Virus record (IMG/VR): IMGVR_UViG_3300027804_000011
Coordinates: 1 to 40,453 of that record
Length of the DNA stretch: 40,453 bases
Direction: 5' to 3' (one strand)
DNA from: a virus
Lineage: Duplodnaviria > Caudoviricetes
Under the pieces are notes generated by a model. It worked only from the letters and a program-made list of their open reading frames with translations. It was not told where the DNA came from and made no database searches. A program made the translations under genes and the position numbers. This document shows, in pieces, positions 25,290-33,091 of the stretch (position 1 is the first letter of the stretch; every line of letters starts with the position of its first letter).

Positions 25290-25495
25290 TGCCATCGTTA
25301 AGAAATGATTATGTTGTTCTTTGCGACTCTTGCTATAAACCTATCGAAGGTAAGTCGGTGATAGTAAATGGAAAGAAACTTATGGACACTTGGATATACC
25401 ACGAATCTCCAAGAGACTGCGCCAACGCAGTTGAACCAACTGAAATCAGGAGGAGGTTAGGGTGGAAGAATCTTGGAAAGAACCAAAACACATAA
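25289..25495 (+). CDS. Hypothetical Zn-finger-like protein (68 aa)
   Basis: Start re-called at TAATG coupling; CDSC...H...C. Confidence 0.6.
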   Translation: MPSLRNDYVVLCDSCYKPIEGKSVIVNGKKLMDTWIYHESPRDCANAVEPTEIRRRLGWKNLGKNQNT

Positions 25496-25707
25496 CAGAA
25501 TTAAAGCCTGACTACAAGAGTGCTATGGATATTCGTGGCACACCGACAACTATATGTCCTTGTGGTAGTCAGATATGGAATCTCAAAACCATATTCGATT
25601 CTGATGATGGCACTATCGAAATGTATTTCACAGACATGGAGTGTGCTGAGTGTGGCACGCTAGCTACTGCGCCTACCCCTGCGGGTAGCACGCTGGAGGA
25701 TTACTAA
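25462..25707 (+). CDS. Zn-ribbon protein
   Basis: CPCG...CAECG; AGGAGG RBS. Confidence 0.7.
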   Translation: MEESWKEPKHITELKPDYKSAMDIRGTPTTICPCGSQIWNLKTIFDSDDGTIEMYFTDMECAECGTLATAPTPAGSTLEDY

Positions 25708-25708
25708 T

Positions 25709-25882
25709 ATGCCGACATATGAATATAGATGTGGTAAGTGTGACTCGCTTACTATACTTTCCCGCAGCGTAGATACGCGTGATGAACCAGTCACCTGTAT
25801 CTGTGGCTTTGAGTCAACAAGAATATACACCGCAGTCGGTGTCCAATTCAAGGGCACAGGCTTCTATAAGACAGGAGGATAA
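25709..25882 (+). CDS. FmdB-family Zn-ribbon protein (57 aa)
   Basis: MPTYEYRCGKC...CICG...FKGTGFYKTGG; GGAGGA RBS; read manually. Confidence 0.85.
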   Translation: MPTYEYRCGKCDSLTILSRSVDTRDEPVTCICGFESTRIYTAVGVQFKGTGFYKTGG

Positions 25883-26341
25883 GTGGTAACTTACAACTTG
25901 AACACAGAGGATGTAAGCAATCTAATCAAGGCACATTTATGTTATGACTTAGAGATTACTACCGCCGAGGATTACACCTTAGTGCGTAGTGATAGTGATA
26001 AGTTCTATGGTATGGTTAAAACATATGAAGCTGGAAATGTAATCCTAACTAAAGATGACCATCAGAAAATTATTACTGGTGCGACTGATGATTACAATTC
26101 CCTGTTCATAGCAGTAACGCCTGAAGGCGTGTTCCAATTTAACTTGTCGCTACTACGACTACAGTTCGAGAACTATGTAGACCATAGTGCTGGCATAGAT
26201 GTAGATGTAGCTGAGTTAGATATATCTAATGGCACACAGATACTAGAGTGGTATCCTGAGTTCGCAAGCGAGGACGATTATGTTGACGCATTGATGAGCA
26301 ACGGAGATTCTATTGGCTTTGATGAGAGCGAGTCTTGGTGA
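25883..26341 (+). CDS. Acidic protein, possibly degenerate PD-(D/E)XK fold
   Basis: 152 aa, TPEGVFQFNL motif, Asp/Glu-rich C-terminus. Confidence 0.6.
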   Translation: MVTYNLNTEDVSNLIKAHLCYDLEITTAEDYTLVRSDSDKFYGMVKTYEAGNVILTKDDHQKIITGATDDYNSLFIAVTPEGVFQFNLSLLRLQFENYVDHSAGIDVDVAELDISNGTQILEWYPEFASEDDYVDALMSNGDSIGFDESESW

Positions 26342-26358
26342 AGTATTGGACTTCGATG

Positions 26359-27069
26359 TTATTCCTCTCCACCTGTGCTTTCCTCGGTGGTGCTGACATC
26401 AATTCCATAATCACTACTGTTGCTCTCATCACCTTCGTTGCTATCTGGTTTATCTAAGTCCTCGTCATAGTAAGGCTTATACCCACCAAGTTTATTGACG
26501 AGTCTTTTTATCGCACGCTTGTGACGCATTCTCGCTGCGTCCTCCGTGCCCAGAGATAGAAAGTTGGCTATCTCCTTGAAGTCTAGCGACTCAGCATGGC
26601 GGAAGAATAATAACTTCCTATCCTCTTTGGAAAGCTTCCAATATGCTGAGTCAACTTCAAGTAACATAACCTGTATGTTGCCACCCTCAGCAGGGGCAGA
26701 AGGTCTGCCACCCCCACTAAGATTTAACTTCGGTGCGATATGAAAGTTACCCATCAACACAGCAGGTAACAGCACCTCAACTAACCCTGGTTCGTAATAA
26801 TATAAATCAGATACATCATAGCCAACTGTCTTGGCTTTCCATCTCTGACAGTAATCCAACGCTTCGTTTCTTAGACTACGATAGATAAGGTTCTTAGCAT
26901 CCTTCTCACCTATCGCTTCCCAAGTATCTAGTTTATTAGGGTGCTCAGCAAACCACTGGTATAGTGCTTGCTTGATATCCTCATACTCACAGATAGTAAA
27001 CTTCTTGGCATATTCACTAGCAACTGCTGTGACTACATACTCCCAGCGTTCGATTCTTTTCCAGTCCAT
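26359..27069 (-). CDS. Sigma-70-family (ECF-like) sigma factor
   Basis: EDIKQ..SLRNEALDY region-2-like; LSKEDRKLLFFRHAESLDFKEIA...AARMRHKRAIKRL region-4 HTH; acidic tail. Confidence 0.8.
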   Translation of the reverse strand: MDWKRIERWEYVVTAVASEYAKKFTICEYEDIKQALYQWFAEHPNKLDTWEAIGEKDAKNLIYRSLRNEALDYCQRWKAKTVGYDVSDLYYYEPGLVEVLLPAVLMGNFHIAPKLNLSGGGRPSAPAEGGNIQVMLLEVDSAYWKLSKEDRKLLFFRHAESLDFKEIANFLSLGTEDAARMRHKRAIKRLVNKLGGYKPYYDEDLDKPDSNEGDESNSSDYGIDVSTTEESTGGEE

Positions 27070-27461
27070 TATTCTTTCTCATTCTTATACTTGCGTGTCA
27101 TTGTAAGTAAGTCTTCAACTGTAATAAGATAACCCTTAGACTTATTAGGTGGCACCTCGCAGGATATTTCCCTACCAAGTTCAGCTATACCCTTCTTAAG
27201 TATGTGTGTTGGCACGATTACTGTTGACTGCTCTAGCACGAATGCCCAATACGCAGCCTCGGTTACTGATAAACCTGATGGCTCCCACGCCTTAGACTTA
27301 TTGAACCAACACTCAACTTCAATGTATAAGTTGTTAGTAATCCACCACTTCCTGTCGCGCTTGACTTCTACTGTGCGCCCACCAGTAAGTAACTCCTCGA
27401 CCAATTGCTCACCCTTACGACCATACCCAAAGTCTAAATCGAACGAAGAGTTCTTTACCAT
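27069..27461 (-). CDS. PD-(D/E)XK-type nuclease
   Basis: GEQLV...VEVKRD...NLYIE...PSGL pattern; 130 aa. Confidence 0.65.
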   Translation of the reverse strand: MVKNSSFDLDFGYGRKGEQLVEELLTGGRTVEVKRDRKWWITNNLYIEVECWFNKSKAWEPSGLSVTEAAYWAFVLEQSTVIVPTHILKKGIAELGREISCEVPPNKSKGYLITVEDLLTMTRKYKNEKE

Positions 27462-27592
27462 TAGTAATCCCAACTCTGTACTTTGATTTTCCCATCAACT
27501 ATTGTTACTTTGTCTAAAAGAATTGCTTTGCACAGTACTTCTAAATAGGTTTCGAAACCCTCAACTATATCTTGTAGTTTATCTTCTTTCAT
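27461..27592 (-). CDS. Small hypothetical protein (43 aa)
   Basis: MKEDKLQDIVEGFETYLEVL...; coupled on both sides. Confidence 0.55.
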   Translation of the reverse strand: MKEDKLQDIVEGFETYLEVLCKAILLDKVTIVDGKIKVQSWDY

Positions 27593-27990
27593 TTATCCCA
27601 CTTTCCTCTCAGTACTAGTAGTGCTATGATGGCATAGTTAGCTAAGTCTTTGAACGAATCCTCAAGGGATTCATACTCGGCCTTGCGTTGGAAGTCTATT
27701 AAGTTATTGATACGAGCAGTCTTATCGTGGATACGAACACGAAGCCCATTGAGGGCACCGCCAGGGGCATCAGCAATATTCTTAGCCCCATAATCCCTGT
27801 GCTTCTTAAGCAGGACAGACATCAACTCATCATATACAATCCTTACATCCTCTTCGAACTGGGTTGGGTATTGTACACGCTCTTCTTTGCTAATAGTGGG
27901 ACGCTTAGGGTCACTATCAGGATATCCTTTTCTTGATTTGTCCCAGTTATCTGGTAACCCATGCCAGCTAGGTGTTCTATAATCTGCCAT
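27589..27990 (-). CDS. DUF1599 / nucleotide-modification-associated (MazG-like helical) protein
   Basis: KKHRDYG..N...RIHDKTARI...ESLEDSFKDLANYA. Confidence 0.75.
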   Translation of the reverse strand: MADYRTPSWHGLPDNWDKSRKGYPDSDPKRPTISKEERVQYPTQFEEDVRIVYDELMSVLLKKHRDYGAKNIADAPGGALNGLRVRIHDKTARINNLIDFQRKAEYESLEDSFKDLANYAIIALLVLRGKWDK

Positions 27991-28034
27991 ATCTCTTCAC
28001 TCTCTATTCTTGAATAGTTGCTTGAGTTCTCCAT
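27843..28034 (-). CDS. Possible overprinted small protein
   Basis: EEIWQIIEHLAGMGYQIT...LIVTLSVPLL looks folded; overlaps two genes in another frame. Confidence 0.35.
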   Translation of the reverse strand: MENSSNYSRIESEEIWQIIEHLAGMGYQITGTNQEKDILIVTLSVPLLAKKSVYNTQPSSKRM

Positions 28035-28347
28035 CGAAGTCTTCCATCACGCTTTCTACTATAATATCCTCAACAGTTTCACCAATCATTTCAGGGTAAA
28101 CTTCTGCTGTGAATAAAGTTAAGTAAGATGATTGTGTTATCTCACCGATATACTTTGCATCATCTCTGTTATCATATAGCCCGCGTAATAAACTACCAAG
28201 TAGTAGGCGAAACCCACCTGGCAATATCATTGAAGGGTTGAACTCTTCTCCATCATCAAGCATGTGTTCAACCACAGCAAATGCATCACTTAATATTTCT
28301 CCACACTCAGGACACCTATAATTTTTACCATCAAAGAACTCAGGCAT
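27997..28347 (-). CDS. Zn-finger protein
   Basis: YRCPECG...VEH; acidic. Confidence 0.7.
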   Translation of the reverse strand: MPEFFDGKNYRCPECGEILSDAFAVVEHMLDDGEEFNPSMILPGGFRLLLGSLLRGLYDNRDDAKYIGEITQSSYLTLFTAEVYPEMIGETVEDIIVESVMEDFDGELKQLFKNRE

Positions 28348-28963
28348 TAGCTAGTCCTGCTCTCTTAAGTATTGCTTGCGCCCCGTTGCTAGTATAGAAT
28401 GAGTTAGGGTCTTCGCCGTCGGGGAACTGGACGATAGTAACAGGGAGTTCTCTTGCAAGTGAGTTGGCAAACTCCTTGCCTGGCTGGTCTCCGTCCGCAA
28501 AGACAAAGACTCTTTCGAAATCGGCGAGGAGTCTCGTGTAATGTTTCTTCCAACTATTAGCCCCTGGCACACCAATACAAGGAATACCGACACAGGAAGA
28601 CATAGTAATAGTATCCAACTCACCTTCACAAATACCAATGTAATCACCAGCCCGCTCAATATCAAGAACATTATACATTTTAGTATCAGCGCCAGTGAGT
28701 CCCATGTACTTAGGCTCCACTGCAGGATTGAGCGAACGAAACCGTAAATCCACAACACCAGTCTTAGTAACATATGGTATACTTAACCTTCCTTGGTACA
28801 TTTCATGGCCTATCTCAGCCTCTACGACTACGCCTAATCGCGCCAGCCGTGCTACTTCTATCGGAATGCCCCTGCTTTTTAGGTAGCCTTCTGCCTGATA
28901 AATGTTTGCCGCGTACTTCTCCGCTGCTCGTTCCAATAATTCTCTCTGCGAATTCTTTTGCAT
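28340..28963 (-). CDS. DNA primase, TOPRIM catalytic part
   Basis: YLKSRGI, PKY, ICEGELD, FADGDQPG. Confidence 0.9.
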   Translation of the reverse strand: MQKNSQRELLERAAEKYAANIYQAEGYLKSRGIPIEVARLARLGVVVEAEIGHEMYQGRLSIPYVTKTGVVDLRFRSLNPAVEPKYMGLTGADTKMYNVLDIERAGDYIGICEGELDTITMSSCVGIPCIGVPGANSWKKHYTRLLADFERVFVFADGDQPGKEFANSLARELPVTIVQFPDGEDPNSFYTSNGAQAILKRAGLANA

Positions 28964-29180
28964 CTCTTATACTAATTCCTTCTCTTTGTGATATGATTTG
29001 CAAACTGTTTCCCTGAACCCCGCATGCAAAGCAGATGAACACATTGGTGTCCAAGTTGGCTGTGCCCGATTGATGTGTATCTCCGTGGAATGGGCATCGC
29101 AGATTTGTTTGCCCGTGGTTGCGTCGTATGTCCGCACCGTAGTGGATAAGGACATCTCTAATACTTGGTAAGTCATTCAT
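28815..29180 (-). CDS. DNA primase CHC2 zinc-binding part
   Basis: CPFHGD...CFACG. Confidence 0.88.
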   Translation of the reverse strand: MNDLPSIRDVLIHYGADIRRNHGQTNLRCPFHGDTHQSGTANLDTNVFICFACGVQGNSLQIISQREGISIRDAKEFAERIIGTSSGEVRGKHLSGRRLPKKQGHSDRSSTAGAIRRSRRG

Positions 29181-29526
29181 GTCTCTCTCTCATCCACTGC
29201 TCTAAGTTTTGTATAACCCAAGCGTTCTTAACGCTACTGTTACGACGCTTGACTACAACGAAGGAAGAAGGTTCCGTACCCAACCCTCTTGCCTTCGCGT
29301 AGTTCTTTGCCTCAACCTGCGCCTCGTCCCAGAAGGCAGGTAAGTCTAGCTTCTTACGATTCTTTAACTCCATAATGTATGTCTTACCCTGAAGGAATAC
29401 ATACAAGTCGCCCTCATCTTTAGCACCAGCCTTAGTAAGACGCTCAGCTACAGCATTGTTATCACGAAGCCAACGCATTACATCGGTCTCGAACTGTGCA
29501 CCTTTACGTCCGTTAGGATTAGCCAT
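29173..29526 (-). CDS. Holliday-junction-resolvase-like PD-(D/E)XK nuclease
   Basis: KGAQFE...DEGDL...ELKN. Confidence 0.75.
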   Translation of the reverse strand: MANPNGRKGAQFETDVMRWLRDNNAVAERLTKAGAKDEGDLYVFLQGKTYIMELKNRKKLDLPAFWDEAQVEAKNYAKARGLGTEPSSFVVVKRRNSSVKNAWVIQNLEQWMRERHE

Positions 29527-29714
29527 TAGTATGCGCTCTTATCTTTCTTTAGTATTCTCGTTGCCCAGTCAAGTCCGTCGCATACGCCCTGCGTATAATC
29601 GTCCCTAACCTGCGGTTTGGCATCATTAATCTTCTGTATGCAGATGGCAATATGTCTGTGATATTCAGCCTGTGACATTTCTTTTGCATGTATCTCCAAG
29701 TAATCGTCATCCAT
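29526..29714 (-). CDS. Hypothetical protein (62 aa)
   Basis: Start re-called at MDDDYLE with GGAG RBS. Confidence 0.6.
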   Translation of the reverse strand: MDDDYLEIHAKEMSQAEYHRHIAICIQKINDAKPQVRDDYTQGVCDGLDWATRILKKDKSAY

Positions 29715-29862
29715 TAATTTTTCTCCAGATGAGGAAGTTAAACTCCCGACCAAACAGAGTTATAGTCAATCCATAATCTGCTTCGTCCCATTCATAAATA
29801 CTGATACCTAGGTAATCTGAAAACTTTACTCGTTTATCTGTCCCTGCATATTTTATTTTCAT
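29707..29862 (-). CDS. Small hypothetical protein (51 aa)
   Basis: MKIKYAGTDKRVKFSDYLG...; read manually, fills the gap. Confidence 0.55.
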   Translation of the reverse strand: MKIKYAGTDKRVKFSDYLGISIYEWDEADYGLTITLFGREFNFLIWRKING

Positions 29863-29873
29863 ATGTTTTCTTC

Positions 29874-30656
29874 CTAACCATTCTCTGGTATATCTTCAAC
29901 GAACATGTACTCAGGATTGAAAGCAATCCAAGTCATTAGTCCACCACCCGCGTCGGCTTTGCCATAACGGTTCTTGACAGGGGCCACGCCCATTGATGTG
30001 CCCACAACACCAAGCGTGCAAATAAGTGCGGGGAGCTGAGCCACCTTTCCCTGAATCGCGGAACGAGGCTGGCAAGGAGAGCCAGGTACCGCCTCACTCG
30101 TATGATGTAATACCAACACACCCGCATTCGTAGCCCTAGCAAGATACTTCAACTCCTTCATGATAGCTCTCATAGAAGAGAACTCTTCGCCACCATCGGT
30201 GGCTACATCCATTAAGTTATCTACAACTATTAGTTGTGGTGGACATCCCCACAATTCTTCGAAGGCTTGTACTTCCTCATCGATATCTTGTAGTGATGGT
30301 GCTGATTCAAATGACCAAACAATATGACCAGCCTTAGCTAGCACTGCTCTTGTCCAACCTAAATCAGTATTCAATAATCCTTCAACATCAGTCTGATTCT
30401 TACCCGAAATCATAGATGCTAATCGCATAGCCATTGTGTGTGCGTTAGTGTCGGCGCTAATGTATAGCGTAGGAACCTTCATCTTTAGCGCAAGAGCTAA
30501 GGCAAGTGTTGACTTACCTACTCCTGGCGCTGCTGCGAACATCGACACTTCACTCCGTCTGAGGACAATCTTGTTTGCCTCGAACGCTTTGAAGCATGAT
30601 GGGAGCGGTTCTCCGCCGATACTAGGACGACCAACGCTTCTGACAAGTGTACGCAA
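29874..30656 (-). CDS. DnaB/RecA-fold replicative helicase
   Basis: Walker A APGVGKS, Walker B IVVDN, LHH, VKNR; TTG start with AAAGGA RBS. Confidence 0.88.
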   Translation of the reverse strand: MRTLVRSVGRPSIGGEPLPSCFKAFEANKIVLRRSEVSMFAAAPGVGKSTLALALALKMKVPTLYISADTNAHTMAMRLASMISGKNQTDVEGLLNTDLGWTRAVLAKAGHIVWSFESAPSLQDIDEEVQAFEELWGCPPQLIVVDNLMDVATDGGEEFSSMRAIMKELKYLARATNAGVLVLHHTSEAVPGSPCQPRSAIQGKVAQLPALICTLGVVGTSMGVAPVKNRYGKADAGGGLMTWIAFNPEYMFVEDIPENG

Positions 30657-30677
30657 TTTTTATTCCTTTTGAATAGA

Positions 30678-30712
30678 AGCCGTAGCCAATCCATGACTAA
30701 CTGACTACGGCT
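30678..30712 (-). terminator. Intergenic stem-loop (terminator/attenuator)
   Basis: 13-bp stem with two G-U pairs on the minus strand, followed by TCTATT. Confidence 0.55.
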
Positions 30713-30726
30713 CATTGATTCCTTAT

Positions 30727-31113
30727 TTAGTTTACTGGCTTGCACTGGTCAGCTGTACCCTGTGGGGTAGGACATGCCCAGAATGCATACGGTTTACCAG
30801 TCTTGCTACTGATTCCACTACGATAGATACGAGCTCCGTGCTTACACGTTGGAGCTGCGGTACCTGATGCTTCCGAGACTGGGCTGGGTGGTAAGGAGAG
30901 CGGTGGCGTTGTGCTTGTTGTGGTACTTGGCGTCGATAAAGGGGCTACATTGTACGCACCTGCCAATAGCTTGTTAGTTGCAGCAATCTGTGTAGCGTAA
31001 TCACCTACACCTTCAAGCAATACACTAAGTTCATCAGCAGTATTGGCACGGATGTTAATCATATCACCAGGGCCAGTCTTATACGAGACTTGCAGTTTCC
31101 ATTCTTCGTTCAT
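30727..31113 (-). CDS. Replication/recombination accessory protein with C-terminal Zn finger
   Basis: CKHG...GKPYAFWACP...C after a Ser/Thr/Pro linker. Confidence 0.7.
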   Translation of the reverse strand: MNEEWKLQVSYKTGPGDMINIRANTADELSVLLEGVGDYATQIAATNKLLAGAYNVAPLSTPSTTTSTTPPLSLPPSPVSEASGTAAPTCKHGARIYRSGISSKTGKPYAFWACPTPQGTADQCKPVN

Positions 31114-31722
31114 TTATTTCTCTTTCTTTGAAGTAAACGAGCAGTGCTCTGTGAGCCCGCATCGGTTACAGTTGTTTGTGTTGGGTAAGAATATACCAGC
31201 ACGGCGTGCTTTGTCAAATTTTTCTACGAAGTAATCAATCATCTCGGTTGAGTATTTGGTTAGGTCTTCCATCTGACCAGTGCCAGACTGACGAGCCATC
31301 CAATAGTTACCATAGTTTATATCAACACCGAAGACTTTCTTTAGCCCTGCTCGGTAAAAACCTAGCTGTAGGCTGGAGTCAGGTGTGCGTTGCGATGTCT
31401 TCAAGTCTACCACAACCAACTGACCATCAACATCAAAGACTCTATCGATTACCATCTTGACTGGAACACCAGCAAATTCAGGTATGATACCTAGTTCAAT
31501 CGCAGGAACGCCTTCAGGCGTTTTCCAAATCTTCCAATTCTTGTTGACTTGTCGCCACTCGATGTAGGATTGGACCCATTGTGGACCAGCGATATTCCAG
31601 AAGGAAGCATCTTCCTTATTGGGGTAATCTTTCGTAGCCCTACCGCCAACTCTAAGCGTCGATAAGTCGACATCTTTGGTATATTCATTCCATGCCTCTT
31701 CCCATAATTGTTTACTCAACAT
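31114..31722 (-). CDS. Cas4/AddB/RecB-like exonuclease, C-terminal part (202 aa)
   Basis: IE...IDRV...VDLKT...QLGFY; C-terminal CNRC-x5-C; ATG at 31722. Confidence 0.85.
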   Translation of the reverse strand: MLSKQLWEEAWNEYTKDVDLSTLRVGGRATKDYPNKEDASFWNIAGPQWVQSYIEWRQVNKNWKIWKTPEGVPAIELGIIPEFAGVPVKMVIDRVFDVDGQLVVVDLKTSQRTPDSSLQLGFYRAGLKKVFGVDINYGNYWMARQSGTGQMEDLTKYSTEMIDYFVEKFDKARRAGIFLPNTNNCNRCGLTEHCSFTSKKEK

Positions 31723-31909
31723 GTTGTCTGTCCCATTCTTCAGTAGCCTTGTGGAATGCGGAGCCACCTGCGCTCCATACCGCTGGCTTCTCTGGTATCT
31801 GCAACAGTCGGCTGAGGTAGTATAGATAACCGCAGTCGATGAAGGTAGTCAGAGCTGAATAGGATACATGACCTGGTATCTTATAATCATCAGAGAGATA
31901 TACTCCCAT
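31712..31909 (-). CDS. Cas4/AddB/RecB-like exonuclease, N-terminal part (65 aa)
   Basis: SYSALTTFIDCGYLYY...GSAFH. Confidence 0.8.
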   Translation of the reverse strand: MGVYLSDDYKIPGHVSYSALTTFIDCGYLYYLSRLLQIPEKPAVWSAGGSAFHKATEEWDRQHVE

Positions 31910-31938
31910 CAGGGTATAATCCTTTCATTAAGACTTGC

Positions 31939-32036
31939 TATATATAATTATATATATTATAATATAATTAATATATATTATATACAGACCCCTTCGGGGT
32001 CTTATTATTATTTAATATATAATATATATAATTATA
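31939..32036. other. AT-rich tract flanking a GC hairpin
   Basis: AGACCCC-TTC-GGGGTCT (31986-32002) inside near-pure A/T runs. Confidence 0.7.
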
Positions 32037-32059
32037 CCTGACAGAGGAGAAGCTGTCTA
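32031..32059 (-). promoter_or_regulatory. Sigma-A promoter of the replication operon
   Basis: TAGACA-17 nt-TATAAT on the minus strand. Confidence 0.7.
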
Positions 32060-32090
32060 GGGGTAATGTATCTACTTATCGGACAGTAGG

Positions 32091-32141
32091 AAACACAAAA
32101 GACCCCCCTTCCCAAGGTGATTACCTTAGGTTGGGGGGTTT
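32091..32141 (-). terminator. Intrinsic terminator after lysis genes
   Basis: CCCCCC/GGGGGG-based long stem followed by TCTTTTGTGTTT on the minus strand. Confidence 0.7.
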
Positions 32142-32188
32142 AGTGTCTTAAAACAGCCTTAAAAGGCGTTTAAAGGGTATTCTAGAGG

Positions 32189-32374
32189 CTACTCTGCGCC
32201 TCGGCCGAACTCCTTAGCGGATGGGTCAAGCCACTTAAGTACAGGCCCGAGGAACCCAGCGAGGGCTGCCATTCCGAGTGTCTTAATGTCGGTCTCTCCA
32301 GCGAGGTAGAGTGCGATTGCAGCTGAGGCTGCAGCACGGAACCATGTGAGCGATACTTGCTTTAGTGCTTCCAT
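32189..32374 (-). CDS. Holin-like membrane protein
   Basis: 61 aa, two hydrophobic segments, follows endolysin. Confidence 0.7.
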   Translation of the reverse strand: MEALKQVSLTWFRAAASAAIALYLAGETDIKTLGMAALAGFLGPVLKWLDPSAKEFGRGAE

Positions 32375-32887
32375 TTAGATTGCCTTTCGTTTTGTACTGT
32401 GAACCTTACAGCAGGTACAGACAGGCTGTGCTACTGTTTTCTTTTTTGGCTGTGGCTGTAGTTTAGCCATAACCTGATTCACAATCTTAGGTTGATTCAT
32501 CCACCAGAACCAAGGGCTAGTGTCATTAGCCATATCAGGGTGAATAGATATATGTAAATGTTTAGAATGAGGATTACTACCACTGTAAGGACGATTGCCA
32601 GCATTACGCTTGGCTTTAGACCATATCTTTTTGTTAAAGATGAGATACTCAACTCTCTCATCCTCTTTAAGCTTTTCGAAAATAATTGCACAATCAACCC
32701 CGTTCTTAGGGTCGTGAGTCAAATCGACTGCTAGCCCAGTATTGTGGTCCGAATTCGGGCTGGCTTTCTGATGCGCTAACGAAGGCAACAATCCGTCTGA
32801 CAGTTTCTTGCGCTTCGGAAACAACGCTGTCGCTTGACGGAGCACAGCAATAGCAGCAGGTGACGCTACTTTGGCTACAGGTTTCAC
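32375..32887 (-). CDS. Endolysin (Zn peptidase, M15-like)
   Basis: SDHNTGLAVD (H-x6-D) and HSKHLHIS motifs. Confidence 0.75.
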   Translation of the reverse strand: MKPVAKVASPAAIAVLRQATALFPKRKKLSDGLLPSLAHQKASPNSDHNTGLAVDLTHDPKNGVDCAIIFEKLKEDERVEYLIFNKKIWSKAKRNAGNRPYSGSNPHSKHLHISIHPDMANDTSPWFWWMNQPKIVNQVMAKLQPQPKKKTVAQPVCTCCKVHSTKRKAI

Positions 32888-33091
32888 TCATCTCCTCAAT
32901 GCTTCTCTTACTAAATCAGTTAATAGTTCTACTTTTTCTTCAAGTGAATTGACTTTATCCTTAAGACTAGAGCCACCATTAGGGCGTAGTTCATATAGGT
33001 AATGCTTAACTAACCAGCGTACAGCGCCAGCAAATCCAGCAATCAAAGTAAATACGGCTACGGCTAGGCCAGCCCATTCAGTAGGTGTCAT
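32888..33091 (-). CDS. Membrane protein with coiled-coil (lysis accessory)
   Basis: N-terminal TM, PNGGSSLKD motif. Confidence 0.7.
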   Translation of the reverse strand: MTPTEWAGLAVAVFTLIAGFAGAVRWLVKHYLYELRPNGGSSLKDKVNSLEEKVELLTDLVREALRR

